DNA from: an uncultured Rivularia sp.
GTDB lineage: Bacteria; Cyanobacteriota; Cyanobacteriia; Cyanobacteriales; Nostocaceae
Length of the DNA: 64,000 nt
Direction of reading: 5' to 3'
NCBI GenBank assembly: GCA_963665115.1
Contig: OY762007.1
Span: forward strand, 3,296,001-3,360,000
Shown here: positions 1 to 10,157 of the stretch, piece after piece
How the letters are laid out: every line of letters starts with the position of its first letter
Numbering within the stretch: the stretch's first letter is position 1
Notes under the pieces: model-generated
The model's database searches: none
What the model saw: the letters and a program-made list of their open reading frames with translations, nothing else
Told to the model about the DNA's origin: nothing
Made by a program: the position numbers and the translations under genes

Positions 1-1019
1 CTGGCAGCGGTTAGCGCTTGTTCCGACAAATACACCGAGTCGGTACGCATATAGGTGATATACCCCTGCTCGTAAAGATTTTGAGCAACCCGCATCGTAT
101 CGCGTGCAGAAAGCCGTAACTTACGGTTGGATTCCTGCTGCAAAGTCGAAGTGGTAAAGGGGGGTGCTGGTTTGCGCGTTACAGGACGTTCCTCAAGGTT
201 GGCAACCTTCCAAGTTTTGTCAGCGATGCGTGCTTTAAGGGCTTCGGCTTCCTCTTGGTTAAGTAGTACAACCTTACGACCTACGGTAATTTGTCCGGTT
301 GCGGCATCGAAATCGCTACCAGTCGCTAGCTTAGTTCCTCCCAAAGTTACTAACACGGAACTAAATGATTGCTCCTTATTAGATTGAGGATTCAAAATCG
401 CTTTTAAATCCCAATAGGAACCTTGATTAAAAGCACGACGTTCCCGTTCTCGCTGCACTAACAATCGCACCGCTACAGACTGTACTCTTCCGGCAGACAA
501 ACCCCAAGCGATTTTTTTCCACAACAAAGGCGAAAGAGTATAACCTACCAATCGATCCAAAATTCGTCGCGTTTCTTGGGCGCGAACCACTTGTTCATCT
601 ACATTGCGGGTATTTTTCAGCGCTTTTTTAATTGCTTCAGAGGTAATCTCGTGAAATACCATCCGCTTTGTAGGAACTTTCGGTTTTAACAGCTGGAATA
701 AATGCCAGCTGATACTTTCCCCTTCTCTATCTTCGTCAGTCGCCAAAATCAATTCGGTTGCTTCCTTGAGCGCTTGTTTAAGCTGAGTAACAACCTGCTT
801 TTTGGTTTTGGGAACTACATATAGCGGTTCAAAATTTGATTCTACATTTACTCCCAACTTCGCCCATTCTTCTCCTTTGACAGCGGCGGGAATTTCACTA
901 GCGGACTGTGGTAAATCACGGACATGACCCATCGAAGCTTCTACTCGATAATCTGATGGTAAGTAGTTACGAATAGTTTTAGCTTTGGTCGGAGATTCGA
1001 CAATAACGAGAGTTGACAT
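1..1019 (-). CDS. topA: DNA topoisomerase I (type IA), 5' part; runs off the window start
   Basis: Not in the ORF track. Reverse complement from ATG at 1019 reads [20 protein letters not shown]...SMGHVRDLP...[16 protein letters not shown]...FHEIT...SAGRVQS...[10 protein letters not shown] (Toprim motifs and active-site Tyr). Confidence 0.97.
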   Translation of the reverse strand, partial: MSTLVIVESPTKAKTIRNYLPSDYRVEASMGHVRDLPQSASEIPAAVKGEEWAKLGVNVESNFEPLYVVPKTKKQVVTQLKQALKEATELILATDEDREGESISWHLFQLLKPKVPTKRMVFHEITSEAIKKALKNTRNVDEQVVRAQETRRILDRLVGYTLSPLLWKKIAWGLSAGRVQSVAVRLLVQRERERRAFNQGSYWDLKAILNPQSNKEQSFSSVLVTLGGTKLATGSDFDAATGQITVGRKVVLLNQEEAEALKARIADKTWKVANLEERPVTRKPAPPFTTSTLQQESNRKLRLSARDTMRVAQNLYEQGYITYMRTDSVYLSEQALTAA

Positions 1020-1507
1020 GGAAATTTCAAGAAGAATATGGCTGCTAGACTAAACAGTCAAAGTGAGACAATCGATAGAAAAATGTCATTTAAACTACTG
1101 CTTTTTCTAGGCAATAACTTTTATATAAAATGCCCAGCTTTATTAAAAAACCCTTTTTAGTAGGGGTTTCAAACCCCGAGTTCTTTTCAAAAGGCAATTG
1201 TATTTGCCTCTCAAAGGTAAGATAGTTTAAATCGGGTTATCAAGAAAGGCAGTCCTTTTCAATCTTTAACTTATATTGGACGTAATTGGCGACTACCATT
1301 TTTATTTATTTCTCTTTTAAGTCATATAAACCAAGCAAAATACACGAGGCAAATGCTTACTGGACAGGTGAAACAGAGATTTTTGACAAGCATATTTTAC
1401 AATTTTTCATAGTTAGCGTTTTGCCAATATCTAGCATTGTGCCAAAATAAAATTTAAACAAGTACCGTATTTTAAACAAATTATTTCACTACCAAGCGAG
1501 GAAAATC

Positions 1508-1801
1508 ATGAAACCCTACCGTCAAGGCGATGTAATTTTACTTCCCGTCAAGCAAGCCGAAGGTCAAAAAATTCGGCATCTGACTTTAGCCCAAGGAGAA
1601 GTTACCGGACATAAGCACCGTATTTCTGAAGGAGATGCACAACTGTATGCAGAAAATACTGATTTATATTTAAGTATTTTTTCAGGAAAAGCAACGTTAG
1701 TTCATGAAGAACATGGTTCTATTTCTGTCCCTCAAGGAAACTGGAAGGTGCTAATTCAGCGCGAATATGAACCCGAAGGATGGCGATATGTTGCCGATTA
1801 A
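1508..1801 (+). CDS. Small conserved hypothetical protein (RQGD / GEVTGHKH / HEEH / QREY motifs)
   Basis: 97 aa ORF with GAGG RBS; His-rich motif pattern recognised from cyanobacterial and phage hypothetical proteins. Confidence 0.8.
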   Translation: MKPYRQGDVILLPVKQAEGQKIRHLTLAQGEVTGHKHRISEGDAQLYAENTDLYLSIFSGKATLVHEEHGSISVPQGNWKVLIQREYEPEGWRYVAD

Positions 1802-2126
1802 ATTGTTAATAAAATAGCAATTTATGGCGGCTGTGGTGTAGAAGTTCGATTTTTTGGCTTTTGTCAATACAACTCTACTCATATTAAATAAACTCTTTCA
1901 TCTATTAACCGGATATTACTGCTTGTTAATCATCAATTGATTACTTTAAACCGAAGTCATATTTATTGCTTGAGTATTTATGCCCCATAGCTACCCTTTT
2001 CATTTAGAAGCAAGTGCTACTTACTATTCACCCATAACTCAAATAAGATATTATGGTTTTTCAGTATTTAATATGCTATTTGAATAGTCTAAAAAAGGGA
2101 ATAGGCAAAAGGGAATAGGGAATGGC

Positions 2127-2213
2127 GAAAAGTTCGGTCTTAGGGGTTTCCACGCCACTTCCTACAACGGAGAGAACCTTAGCAACGGAGTAGTTCCCTA
2201 AGAGTAACTTTTC
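2127..2213. repeat. Small dispersed palindromic repeat with nested insert
   Basis: Arms GAAAAGTTCGGTCTTAGGG / CCCTAAGAGTAACTTTTC enclose ACGCCACTTCCTACAACGG...GCAACG, a module related to the insert at 4798-4843. Confidence 0.6.
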
Positions 2214-2628
2214 AAGCCAGGGAATAAAGGACAAAAGCGAACGCAATACTTGTGAATTAACCATTAGAATCACGTGCAGTAAGTGTTATAGAGCTTTTTA
2301 TCAAAAAATTAGCATATCAGAAACTGAAGAACCGACGTTATTTAAACCATATTTAAACTATTTATTAAATTAAGCAAAGTTATTACCAGAAAAACAATTA
2401 AATTAAATTATCAAAAATATAGTCAAAACTAATAGTTCTTTTTAGCTTGCGTAATTGGCGAAAAGTATTTTACACAGTGGCAATTAAGAATAAGCCGATA
2501 AGCGCAAAAAAGTTGTGGTAGGATAATCCAGGAGAAGTACGTTCGGTAATTGTGTTCTTGTTATTAAGTAAAAGTCGCAATCAGCTTTCCGGATGTCCCC
2601 TCTGCACGGTTGGATTCTGGAGAGTCTC

Positions 2629-2916
2629 ATGTCAATATACGTTGGAAATCTATCATACGATGTTACTCAGGAAGACCTTAGTAAGGTATTTGCTGAGTAC
2701 GGTGGTGTCAAAAGCGTTCAGTTACCTAGCGATCGCGAAACTGGCAGGTCTAGAGGTTTTGGTTTTGTAGAAATGGAATCAGAAGACGCAGAAAGTTCAG
2801 CTATTCAAGCTTTAGATGGGGCTGAATGGATGGGTCGCGCAATGAAGGTCAATAAAGCAAGACCGCGAGAAGACCGAGGTAACAGACGCTCTGGTGGTGG
2901 TGGAAGTTGGGGTTAG
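2629..2916 (+). CDS. rbp: RRM RNA-binding protein with Gly-rich tail (cyanobacterial Rbp family)
   Basis: True start is MSIYVGNLSY at 2629 (GGAGA RBS upstream); RNP2 IYVGNL, RNP1 RGFGFVEM, C-terminal GGGGSWG. Confidence 0.95.
   Translation: MSIYVGNLSYDVTQEDLSKVFAEYGGVKSVQLPSDRETGRSRGFGFVEMESEDAESSAIQALDGAEWMGRAMKVNKARPREDRGNRRSGGGGSWG
2729..2736. repeat. HIP1 octamer GCGATCGC (example; many copies across the window)
   Basis: Further copies near 7453, 11008, 18379, 23808, 37489, 43343, 53207, 54449 and 62084; a cyanobacterial signature. Confidence 0.9.
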
Positions 2917-3197
2917 CGATTGGCCGCACGGCTGCGCCGAATATAAAATAATACTTTGGCAATACTAATTGAATATTGGTCGCGATCGCTCGCTTCTTCC
3001 AACAATAATTATCTGCTTTCAGAGAACATAGTTGGTAAAAAGTTGTTTTAAATCGTAAAACCAAGATTAACACCGTTGCCACAGTATATTTAGCTACGTG
3101 AATCGCTGAGATTCTGTTAGCCTTTGTGCGAAGTCGTGGCATTATTAAAAATTAAAATATACCGCAGACGTTAAATTGCAATTTTCTTACCTTTCTT

Positions 3198-3461
3198 AGG
3201 TGGGAAGGCTCCCGCTTACACGTAGTAAAGCGGCTTCGCACAAAGCCGAGGCAGAGTTTGCGGTATTATCGAAAATGTAGGTGTAGTCCAATTAAATGCA
3301 GAAATGCAGCCTAAAAATTAAAACAACAATCTCATAGAAGTCCCTAGGGCGTAGGGCTTCAAAGCATCTCCTCCGGAGACGCTGCGCTAACGGTTAATGT
3401 TCTCATAGAGGAGTCGCCGAGAAGCGTACATAATATCTGTGATTTGATGTAAGTACGTCAC
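3198..3461 (+). mobile_element. Possible non-autonomous IS200/IS605-family remnant (PATE-like)
   Basis: Hairpin-rich left part (GGGAAGGCTCCC, CGGCTT..AAGCCG), a degenerate NAA..N-like codon stretch near 3303, and a right end GAGAAGCGTACA...AGTACGTCAC resembling cyanobacterial tnpB-element ends; no intact ORF. Confidence 0.35.
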
Positions 3462-3462
3462 T

Positions 3463-3505
3463 TAGGGGCAGGCTACAGCCGAAATGCCCCTAGTTATTTT
3501 TTTTT
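3463..3505 (+). terminator. Intrinsic terminator
   Basis: Stem TAGGGGCA / TGCCCCTA followed by a T-tract. Confidence 0.65.
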
Positions 3506-3798
3506 ACTACTAAGTATCAATAAAGCCTTGAATACTAAACCAAATATGGATTATTTTTTGTAGTGTTGCCATCTTGCGGACACAAATATCCATTTTTTTC
3601 TTTTTTCACAGAAATAACTATTATAAAATACCATAAAAATGCTGTCTTTAGGTAATTTTAACTAGTTGTTACCGTAACTTCAAATTAAGCTTAAGTTTTT
3701 TTATCTAAGTAAGCATCTTAAATTTATAATTTTTCTACAGATAAAGGATATCGTTAATTAGATAAATAAATTATTTGATATTAACCCATTAAGAAACG

Positions 3799-4731
3799 AT
3801 GTCATATCCGAAAGTAACGCTGGTAGTTGTGCCAAATGAATGCTTCAATTATACGCAACAGTCATTAGAAAGTATTTATAAATACACAAATATTCCTTTT
3901 AAATTAGTTTACGTAGATGGTTACTCACCTAAGAAAGTCAGGCAGTATCTTGAAGCACAATCTCAAGAAAAAGGATTTCGCTTAATACGTACAGATAAGT
4001 ATGTATCTCCCAATCAAGCTCGTAATATTGGTTTACAACACGTTGATACCGAATATGTTGTTTTTATCAATAATGATGTGTTAGTCACTGTTGATTGGTT
4101 AAATAAGCTGATGCAATGCGCTCAAAAAACTGGCTCTTCAGCAGTTAGTCCCCTTTGCTTGCAGGGAAGTTCAGAAAATCTTTCGATCCACTCTGCTGGA
4201 GGTTCTTTAGAGTTTCAATACAAGGATGGAAATTTAGATTTATTCGAGAAAAGGCCATTCATCGAAAACTCTTTTGAAAAAGTGCAACCTTTGCTAACCA
4301 GCGAACCTACCCAAATAATACATTTCAGTTGCGTTTTAATACATACAGCAATTTTACAAAAAATAGGTAATTTCGATGAAGACTTAATTAATTTTGGTCA
4401 AGATATTGATTTTTCTTTATCAGTTTTTGCAATAGGTGGGACTATTTATTTAGAGCCACAGAGTATTGTTAATTATCTTCCGGTTAGAGAATTAAAATTT
4501 TCAGACATCCCTTATTATTTATTAATTTGGAATTATGTTTGGAAACGCAAAAGTATTAACTATTTTCAGGAAAAATGGGGTTTAGCTAAGGATGCAAAGT
4601 TTATAACCGATTTGCTTGATAAGGCACAGCAGAATACAAATTTACCATTGCAATCGCTAAAGGAATTAACTCAAAAGTTGTACGTTAATGAAGATTATCA
4701 CAGAAATCCTAGAATTTTTAAACGCTCTTAG
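3799..4731 (+). CDS. GT2-family glycosyltransferase, paralog of 41011..42093
   Basis: Colinear with 41011..42093 (SLESIY..T..PFKL.Y.DG.SP...YL..Q.QEKGF.LIRTD.Y..PN.ARNIGL..VDT.YV.F); the DxD position reads NND. Confidence 0.85.
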   Translation: MSYPKVTLVVVPNECFNYTQQSLESIYKYTNIPFKLVYVDGYSPKKVRQYLEAQSQEKGFRLIRTDKYVSPNQARNIGLQHVDTEYVVFINNDVLVTVDWLNKLMQCAQKTGSSAVSPLCLQGSSENLSIHSAGGSLEFQYKDGNLDLFEKRPFIENSFEKVQPLLTSEPTQIIHFSCVLIHTAILQKIGNFDEDLINFGQDIDFSLSVFAIGGTIYLEPQSIVNYLPVRELKFSDIPYYLLIWNYVWKRKSINYFQEKWGLAKDAKFITDLLDKAQQNTNLPLQSLKELTQKLYVNEDYHRNPRIFKRS

Positions 4732-4782
4732 AAGGTATGTTGGAAAATCTAGGAAAATCTAATTTAATTTAAATTTTTACCT

Positions 4783-4875
4783 GGCGGTTGAAACCGCACG
4801 GCAGTCGCTACAACGCGGTTGTTTCCGCACAACGCACTGGCTTTGCTACACAAGCGAAGTCCACCTGCGTGGACT
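4783..4875. repeat. Nested small dispersed repeat
   Basis: Hairpins GCGGTTGAAACCGC and AGTCCACCTGCGTGGACT separated by an inserted ACGGCAGTCGCTACAACG...AACGCACTGGCT module. Confidence 0.6.
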
Positions 4876-4899
4876 ATCAGGTTTAAATATTTTCAAAAG

Positions 4900-5157
4900 C
4901 TACCATTTCAAAAATGCTGCTTCAACTCCGTCTTGTCGTCTAATTTTGCCATCTTTTTCAAACCAAGCAATAATTTGCTGCGTAGTTAATTCTTCAATCG
5001 CAATACTGTTTTCTTTCGCTATTTGTTGCAATACTCTCAATGAAGAAATTGTCAATCTAGTTAAAAATTTCTCTGGAGAAGAAAGCAAAGCAGCATCAAC
5101 TTTTGCTGATTCTTCTAAAGACAAAAATTGTGTTGTTGGTTGCTGTTGAAAATCCAT
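4900..5157 (-). CDS. Conserved cyanobacterial hypothetical protein downstream of sufR
   Basis: 85 aa ORF (ESAKVDAALLSSPEKFLTRLTISS...FLKW), co-oriented with sufR. Confidence 0.8.
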   Translation of the reverse strand: MDFQQQPTTQFLSLEESAKVDAALLSSPEKFLTRLTISSLRVLQQIAKENSIAIEELTTQQIIAWFEKDGKIRRQDGVEAAFLKW

Positions 5158-5241
5158 AATCTATATTAATAATGGGCATTGGGAATTGGGCATGGAGCAT
5201 GGGGCATTGAGTTTATATTAATAACTTATAACTCCTAACTC

Positions 5242-5904
5242 CTACTTCGCCTGTATCAAATAACCACACCTGTGTTCGCCATCAATTATCCAATGAGTAC
5301 GCTCTACCGTACAATCGGGTAAAACGGCAGCAAACATTTCTAATTCATGCCCGCAAACGCTGGGAAATGATTCTGCGACGTTGGAAATTGCACAATTATG
5401 CTCTAGAAAAATAAATTTATTTTGGTTTTCTGGTTCTGAAGCTTCTACAGGATAATATTCTGCCATAAAACCTTCAGCTTTTCTTAATTCCACTAACGCA
5501 GCTACTCTTTGCTGAAGAGAACCCTTAGCCAAATGTTGCTGATATTCTTCGGCTTTACGCTGCCATTGTTTCTGTAAAATCGAACTTACTTGGTCTCGTC
5601 CTACTGTTTCTGTTAAAGTGTCTAATAAGGAAACAGTAAATTTACCATAGCTATCCCCAATCTCTCGACGCAGGCGCTCTTTTCCCTTGTCGCTCAATCG
5701 GTAAACGTGTTGAGGTCGTCCCATCCCTATTTGTTCGGAGGAATAACTTATTAACTCTTCACCCTCCAAATCTTTTAGATGACGACGAATCGCTTGAGGG
5801 CTAACTTTTAAGGTCTCCGAAAGCTGTAAAGCTGTAGCCTGGACTTCTTTGAGCAGATATTTCAAGATATCTTGTTTGGTTGAGGACTGGTGGGTAGTTT
5901 CCAT
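5242..5904 (-). CDS. sufR: Fe-S cluster biosynthesis transcriptional regulator SufR
   Basis: N-terminal HTH (VSPQAIRRHLKDLE, GRPQHVY), C-terminal EHNCAI..SVCGHEL..HRCGY cysteines; divergent from sufB. Confidence 0.95.
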   Translation of the reverse strand: METTHQSSTKQDILKYLLKEVQATALQLSETLKVSPQAIRRHLKDLEGEELISYSSEQIGMGRPQHVYRLSDKGKERLRREIGDSYGKFTVSLLDTLTETVGRDQVSSILQKQWQRKAEEYQQHLAKGSLQQRVAALVELRKAEGFMAEYYPVEASEPENQNKFIFLEHNCAISNVAESFPSVCGHELEMFAAVLPDCTVERTHWIIDGEHRCGYLIQAK

Positions 5905-5941
5905 CGTCGTCCTAAAAATATTAAAGAAAATTTCACTTTGA

Positions 5942-6006
5942 CAACATTATTGTTGTTAATCTAGCGTAAAATGAAGATACATTAAAACAACTTAGCTGTT
6001 GTTTTA
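5942..6006. promoter_or_regulatory. Two SufR operator sites
   Basis: CAAC-ATTATT-GTTG at 5942-5955 and TAAAACAAC-TTAGCT-GTTGTTTTA at 5983-6006 match the known CAAC-N6-GTTG SufR palindromes in the sufR-sufB intergenic region. Confidence 0.9.
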
Positions 6007-6131
6007 GTCTTCACCATTATTGTAACAGTCGCGTGGCTCACAGTCACGTTTGAGTGGGAATTAGCTATTTTATAGCCCCTCTCCCAACCTTAAAGAGAGA
6101 ACAAGCGAAGCGAACGCGAGAGATATTAGCG

Positions 6132-7568
6132 ATGAGTGCTACTGCAAAAACCTTAGTCAACCAGCCTTACAAGTACGGTTTTGTTACCGACATTGAGACA
6201 GATTCTATTCCTCGCGGACTCGATGAGGACGTGATTCGCGTAATTAGTGCGAAGAAAAACGAGCCGGAATTTATGCTGGAGTTTCGCCTCAAAGCTTACC
6301 GCCAGTGGCTCAAAATGACGGAACCTGATTGGGCTAGCGTTGGCTATCCTGCGATTGATTATCAAAATATTATTTATTATTCAGCACCCAAGCAAAGTGC
6401 TAAGAAGCAGAGTTTGGATGAAGTAGATCCAACTTTATTGGAAACCTTTGAGAAGTTGGGTATTCCTTTATCGGAACAGAAACGTTTGGCGAATGTTGCT
6501 GTCGATGCAATTTTCGATAGCGTATCTGTAGCAACTACTTTTAAAGAAAAGCTGGCTGAAGAAGGTGTTATTTTCTGCTCGATTTCTGAAGCTTTACAGG
6601 AACATCCAGAATTAATCCAGAAGTATCTCGGTAGCGTGGTTCCCATTGCCGATAATTACTTTGCGGCTTTGAATGCTGCTGTTTTCAGCGATGGTTCTTT
6701 TGTGTTTATTCCTAAAGGCGTAAAATGCCCGATGGAATTATCTACTTATTTTCGGATTAATAATGGCGATACCGGACAATTTGAACGAACTTTAATTGTT
6801 GCCGAAGAAGATAGTTACGTATCTTATCTCGAAGGTTGTACCGCGCCAATGTACGATAGCAACCAGCTACACGCTGCTGTTGTCGAATTGGTAACGCTGG
6901 ATAATGCCGAAATTAAATACTCTACCGTACAAAACTGGTATGCGGGAGATGAAAACGGCAAAGGCGGTATTTACAATTTCGTAACCAAACGCGGTTTGTG
7001 TAAAGGGAAAAATTCCAAAATATCTTGGACTCAGGTAGAAACTGGTTCAGCTATTACTTGGAAGTATCCGAGTTGCGTTTTAATCGGCGATAATTCCGTT
7101 GGTGAATTTTATTCGGTAGCGCTGACTAATAATATGCAGCAAGCCGACACCGGAACTAAAATGGTTCACGTTGGTAAGAACACTCGTTCTACAATTATTT
7201 CTAAAGGAATTTCTGCGGGTAAATCTAGCAACAGCTATCGGGGTTTGGTGAAAGTTAATCCTACAGCTGATGGGGCAAGAAATTATTCTCAATGCGACTC
7301 AATGTTGATTGGAGATAATGCTCATGCCAACACTTTCCCTTATATTCAAGTCCAGAATAATAAAGGAAAAGTAGAACATGAAGCTTCTACTTCCAAAATT
7401 GGGGAAGATCAACTATTTTACTTTTCTCAACGAGGCATTTCCACAGAAGATGCGATCGCGATGATGATTAGCGGCTTTTGTAAGGATGTTTTTAATCAGC
7501 TTCCAATGGAGTTCGCTGTAGAAGCCGATAAATTATTGAGTTTGAAATTGGAAGGAAGCGTTGGATAG
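6132..7568 (+). CDS. sufB: Fe-S cluster assembly protein SufB
   Basis: Likely start [41 protein letters not shown], ends LEGSVG. No intein-sized insertion. Confidence 0.97.
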   Translation: MSATAKTLVNQPYKYGFVTDIETDSIPRGLDEDVIRVISAKKNEPEFMLEFRLKAYRQWLKMTEPDWASVGYPAIDYQNIIYYSAPKQSAKKQSLDEVDPTLLETFEKLGIPLSEQKRLANVAVDAIFDSVSVATTFKEKLAEEGVIFCSISEALQEHPELIQKYLGSVVPIADNYFAALNAAVFSDGSFVFIPKGVKCPMELSTYFRINNGDTGQFERTLIVAEEDSYVSYLEGCTAPMYDSNQLHAAVVELVTLDNAEIKYSTVQNWYAGDENGKGGIYNFVTKRGLCKGKNSKISWTQVETGSAITWKYPSCVLIGDNSVGEFYSVALTNNMQQADTGTKMVHVGKNTRSTIISKGISAGKSSNSYRGLVKVNPTADGARNYSQCDSMLIGDNAHANTFPYIQVQNNKGKVEHEASTSKIGEDQLFYFSQRGISTEDAIAMMISGFCKDVFNQLPMEFAVEADKLLSLKLEGSVG

Positions 7569-7798
7569 TTTGTAGTTGCGCTTAAGCGCCTCCGAATTTT
7601 GTTTAGGTTTTAACAATGGATACATCTATTTTTAATTTTGAATTGAATCAGAATTTCGATGAAATCCTGTTGAGTGAAATCCTGTTGTAAGTAGGTAACA
7701 GCACTTGCTTTAAATAAATCTAAAATCTAAAACTGAAATCTTTTGGCGGATGCGCTGAAGCGCTACTACGTACCTTTAAAAATAGAGAGTAAAAAGAA

Positions 7799-8587
7799 AT
7801 GATTATTGAAAATAGCAAAGTGGTGCTGTCAGTCAAAGATTTGACGGCAAATGTTGATGGCAATCAAATCCTCAAAGGTGTAAATCTTGAGGTACGTGCT
7901 GGTGAAATTCATGCGATTATGGGGCCAAATGGTTCTGGGAAAAGTACGTTTTCTAAGGTTTTGGCGGGACACCCTAGTTATGAAGTGACTGGTGGTGAAG
8001 TGGTTTTCCAAGCGGAAAATCTTTTGGAACTCGAACCTGAAGAACGTGCTAGGAATGGTGTATTCTTAGCTTTTCAATATCCTTTAGAAATACCTGGTGT
8101 CAGTAATTTAGACTTTTTGCGGGTAGCTTATAATTCTCGACGCAAAGCTCAAGGTTTAGAAGAAATTGATGCTTTTGATTTCGATGATTTGGTAGAGGAA
8201 AAGTTGGAAGTTGTCAAAATGGACTCTGCTTTTCTTAACCGCAGTTTAAATGAAGGGTTTTCTGGTGGTGAGAAAAAGCGCAATGAGATTTTGCAGATGG
8301 CGCTTTTGGAACCAGATTTAGCAATTTTGGATGAAACCGATTCTGGTTTAGATATTGATGCGCTGAAAATCGTAGCGAATGGCGTAAATCAACTGGCGAA
8401 TCAAGAAAACGCCACAATTATGATTACCCACTACCAGCGTTTGCTTGATTATATTGTGCCGGATTACGTTCACGTCATGGCAAAAGGGCGAATTATTAAA
8501 TCTGGTGGTAAAGAATTAGCTTTAGAATTGGAATCTCGCGGTTACGATTGGATTTTAGAAGAAGCTGGTGTTGAGGTTGGTGTGTAA
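7799..8587 (+). CDS. sufC: Fe-S cluster assembly ATPase SufC
   Basis: [38 protein letters not shown]. Confidence 0.97.
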   Translation: MIIENSKVVLSVKDLTANVDGNQILKGVNLEVRAGEIHAIMGPNGSGKSTFSKVLAGHPSYEVTGGEVVFQAENLLELEPEERARNGVFLAFQYPLEIPGVSNLDFLRVAYNSRRKAQGLEEIDAFDFDDLVEEKLEVVKMDSAFLNRSLNEGFSGGEKKRNEILQMALLEPDLAILDETDSGLDIDALKIVANGVNQLANQENATIMITHYQRLLDYIVPDYVHVMAKGRIIKSGGKELALELESRGYDWILEEAGVEVGV

Positions 8588-9933
8588 TGAATATAGAAGT
8601 TTCTCCCAGCCCAATTCCTAACTCTACTGAAGCAAGCTTATCAAATACGCTTTTAAATAAAGATGTTTATTTAAGTGGATTGGTAGATCAAGTTAGTAGC
8701 GTAAAAAAAGAAGGATGGCTGCAAGAGTTAAAAGAAAATGCTGCTAATTGGGTGCGTCATTCAACATTACCGACTAAAAAAGATGAAGAATGGCGATTCA
8801 CCGATTTATCAACTTTACGTAAATTCGATTTTAATGTAGAGACGAAATCTGTACCTCCAGATGCTCCTCCCTTTGCAGCAATTAGCGATACTCGTTTAGT
8901 GTTTGTAAATGGCGTATTTGTAAAAGAATTATCAGCCATCGCCGATTTACCCGAAGGTGCTGTAGTTAGTAATTTAGCTAGTTTACCCAATTTAGATGGG
9001 GAATTAGTCAAAGAATATTTAGCACAGGCTGAAGGAGCTAGAGAAGTATTTACGGCTTTGAATACAGCCGGAATTAACGATTTGGCTGTAATTTGGCTAT
9101 CTCGCAATGTGGTGGTAGAAACACCTATACACTTAGTCTTTATTACTTCTGGAGATAAAGTAGTTTCTCAACCGCGCTGTTTGGTAGTAGCTAAGAAAGG
9201 CTCCGAAGTTACTTTAATAGAAGAATTTATCAATTCTGGTACCGGAAAAGAGCAAGATAATCAAATTTATTTAAATAACGCCGTTACAGAAATTTGGGTT
9301 GATGAAAACGCGAGTATAAATCATACCAGAGTTGAACGCGATAGTGTAGAAGCGTTTCACATTGGGAAAACAGCCGTAACCCAAGGGCGTAACAGTCGCT
9401 ACACCTGTAACGCTATAACCTTGGGTGGAAAACTTTCGCGACACAACTTAGAAATCTTGCAAACCGGTGAGCAAACTGAAACAACGCTTAACGGTTTGAC
9501 GATAATTTCTGGCAGTCAATTATCAGATACTCACAGTGCCCTTGCTCTTAATTATCCCCACAGTAGTAGCAAGCAATTGCAAAAAAATATCATCGCGGAT
9601 AAAGCGCATGGCGTATTCAACGGAAAAATATTCGTTCCTAAACCCGCACAGTTAACAGACGCATCGCAGTTAAATCGCAACTTGCTGCTATCTCCTCAAG
9701 CGAGAGTAGACACCAAACCGCAGCTGGAAATTACAGCAGATAATGTCAAATGCGCTCATGGAGCTACGGTTAGTCAGTTAGAAGACGATGAAATTTTCTA
9801 CTTGCAAAGTCGAGGAATTGATGAAAATAGCGCCCGTCATTTATTAGTTAATGCCTTTGCAGCAGAGGTAATTAATAAGATACCCATTCCTTCCTTACGT
9901 CAAAATCTAACTCAAACAGTAAATCAATTTTAG
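8587..9933 (+). CDS. sufD: Fe-S cluster assembly protein SufD
   Basis: EEWRFTDL, KPQLEITADNVKCAHGATV, FYLQSRGI; TAATG overlap with sufC. Confidence 0.95.
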   Translation: MNIEVSPSPIPNSTEASLSNTLLNKDVYLSGLVDQVSSVKKEGWLQELKENAANWVRHSTLPTKKDEEWRFTDLSTLRKFDFNVETKSVPPDAPPFAAISDTRLVFVNGVFVKELSAIADLPEGAVVSNLASLPNLDGELVKEYLAQAEGAREVFTALNTAGINDLAVIWLSRNVVVETPIHLVFITSGDKVVSQPRCLVVAKKGSEVTLIEEFINSGTGKEQDNQIYLNNAVTEIWVDENASINHTRVERDSVEAFHIGKTAVTQGRNSRYTCNAITLGGKLSRHNLEILQTGEQTETTLNGLTIISGSQLSDTHSALALNYPHSSSKQLQKNIIADKAHGVFNGKIFVPKPAQLTDASQLNRNLLLSPQARVDTKPQLEITADNVKCAHGATVSQLEDDEIFYLQSRGIDENSARHLLVNAFAAEVINKIPIPSLRQNLTQTVNQF

Positions 9934-10157
9934 ATTTTAGATTTTGGATTTTAGATTGGATAAATAATAGAGTTATAAGTAATTACTCTGATGTTACTTC
10001 TCTTCTTCGTCTCTCTATTCTCAGCGTCTCTGCGATTTTTTTTATCGCTAATTTTTAAGCATGATAGAAGTAACCTTGATTCCGTAACTAATATTCAATC
10101 TTTAATCCAAAACTATTAATCTAAATCCAAAATTCAAAATTCAAAATCCAAAATAGT

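Noticed and set aside
127..387. 86 aa plus-strand ORF
   Set aside because: Antisense shadow of topA. Other short ORFs opposite suf, the ATPase, cobQ, GT, ABC, htrA, dnaA/N and kinase genes were rejected likewise.
6054..6131. N-terminal extension of SufB in the ORF track
   Set aside because: SufB homology starts at MSATAKTLV (6132). Similar over-extensions were trimmed for rbp, 22401, 36007, 43878 and dnaA.
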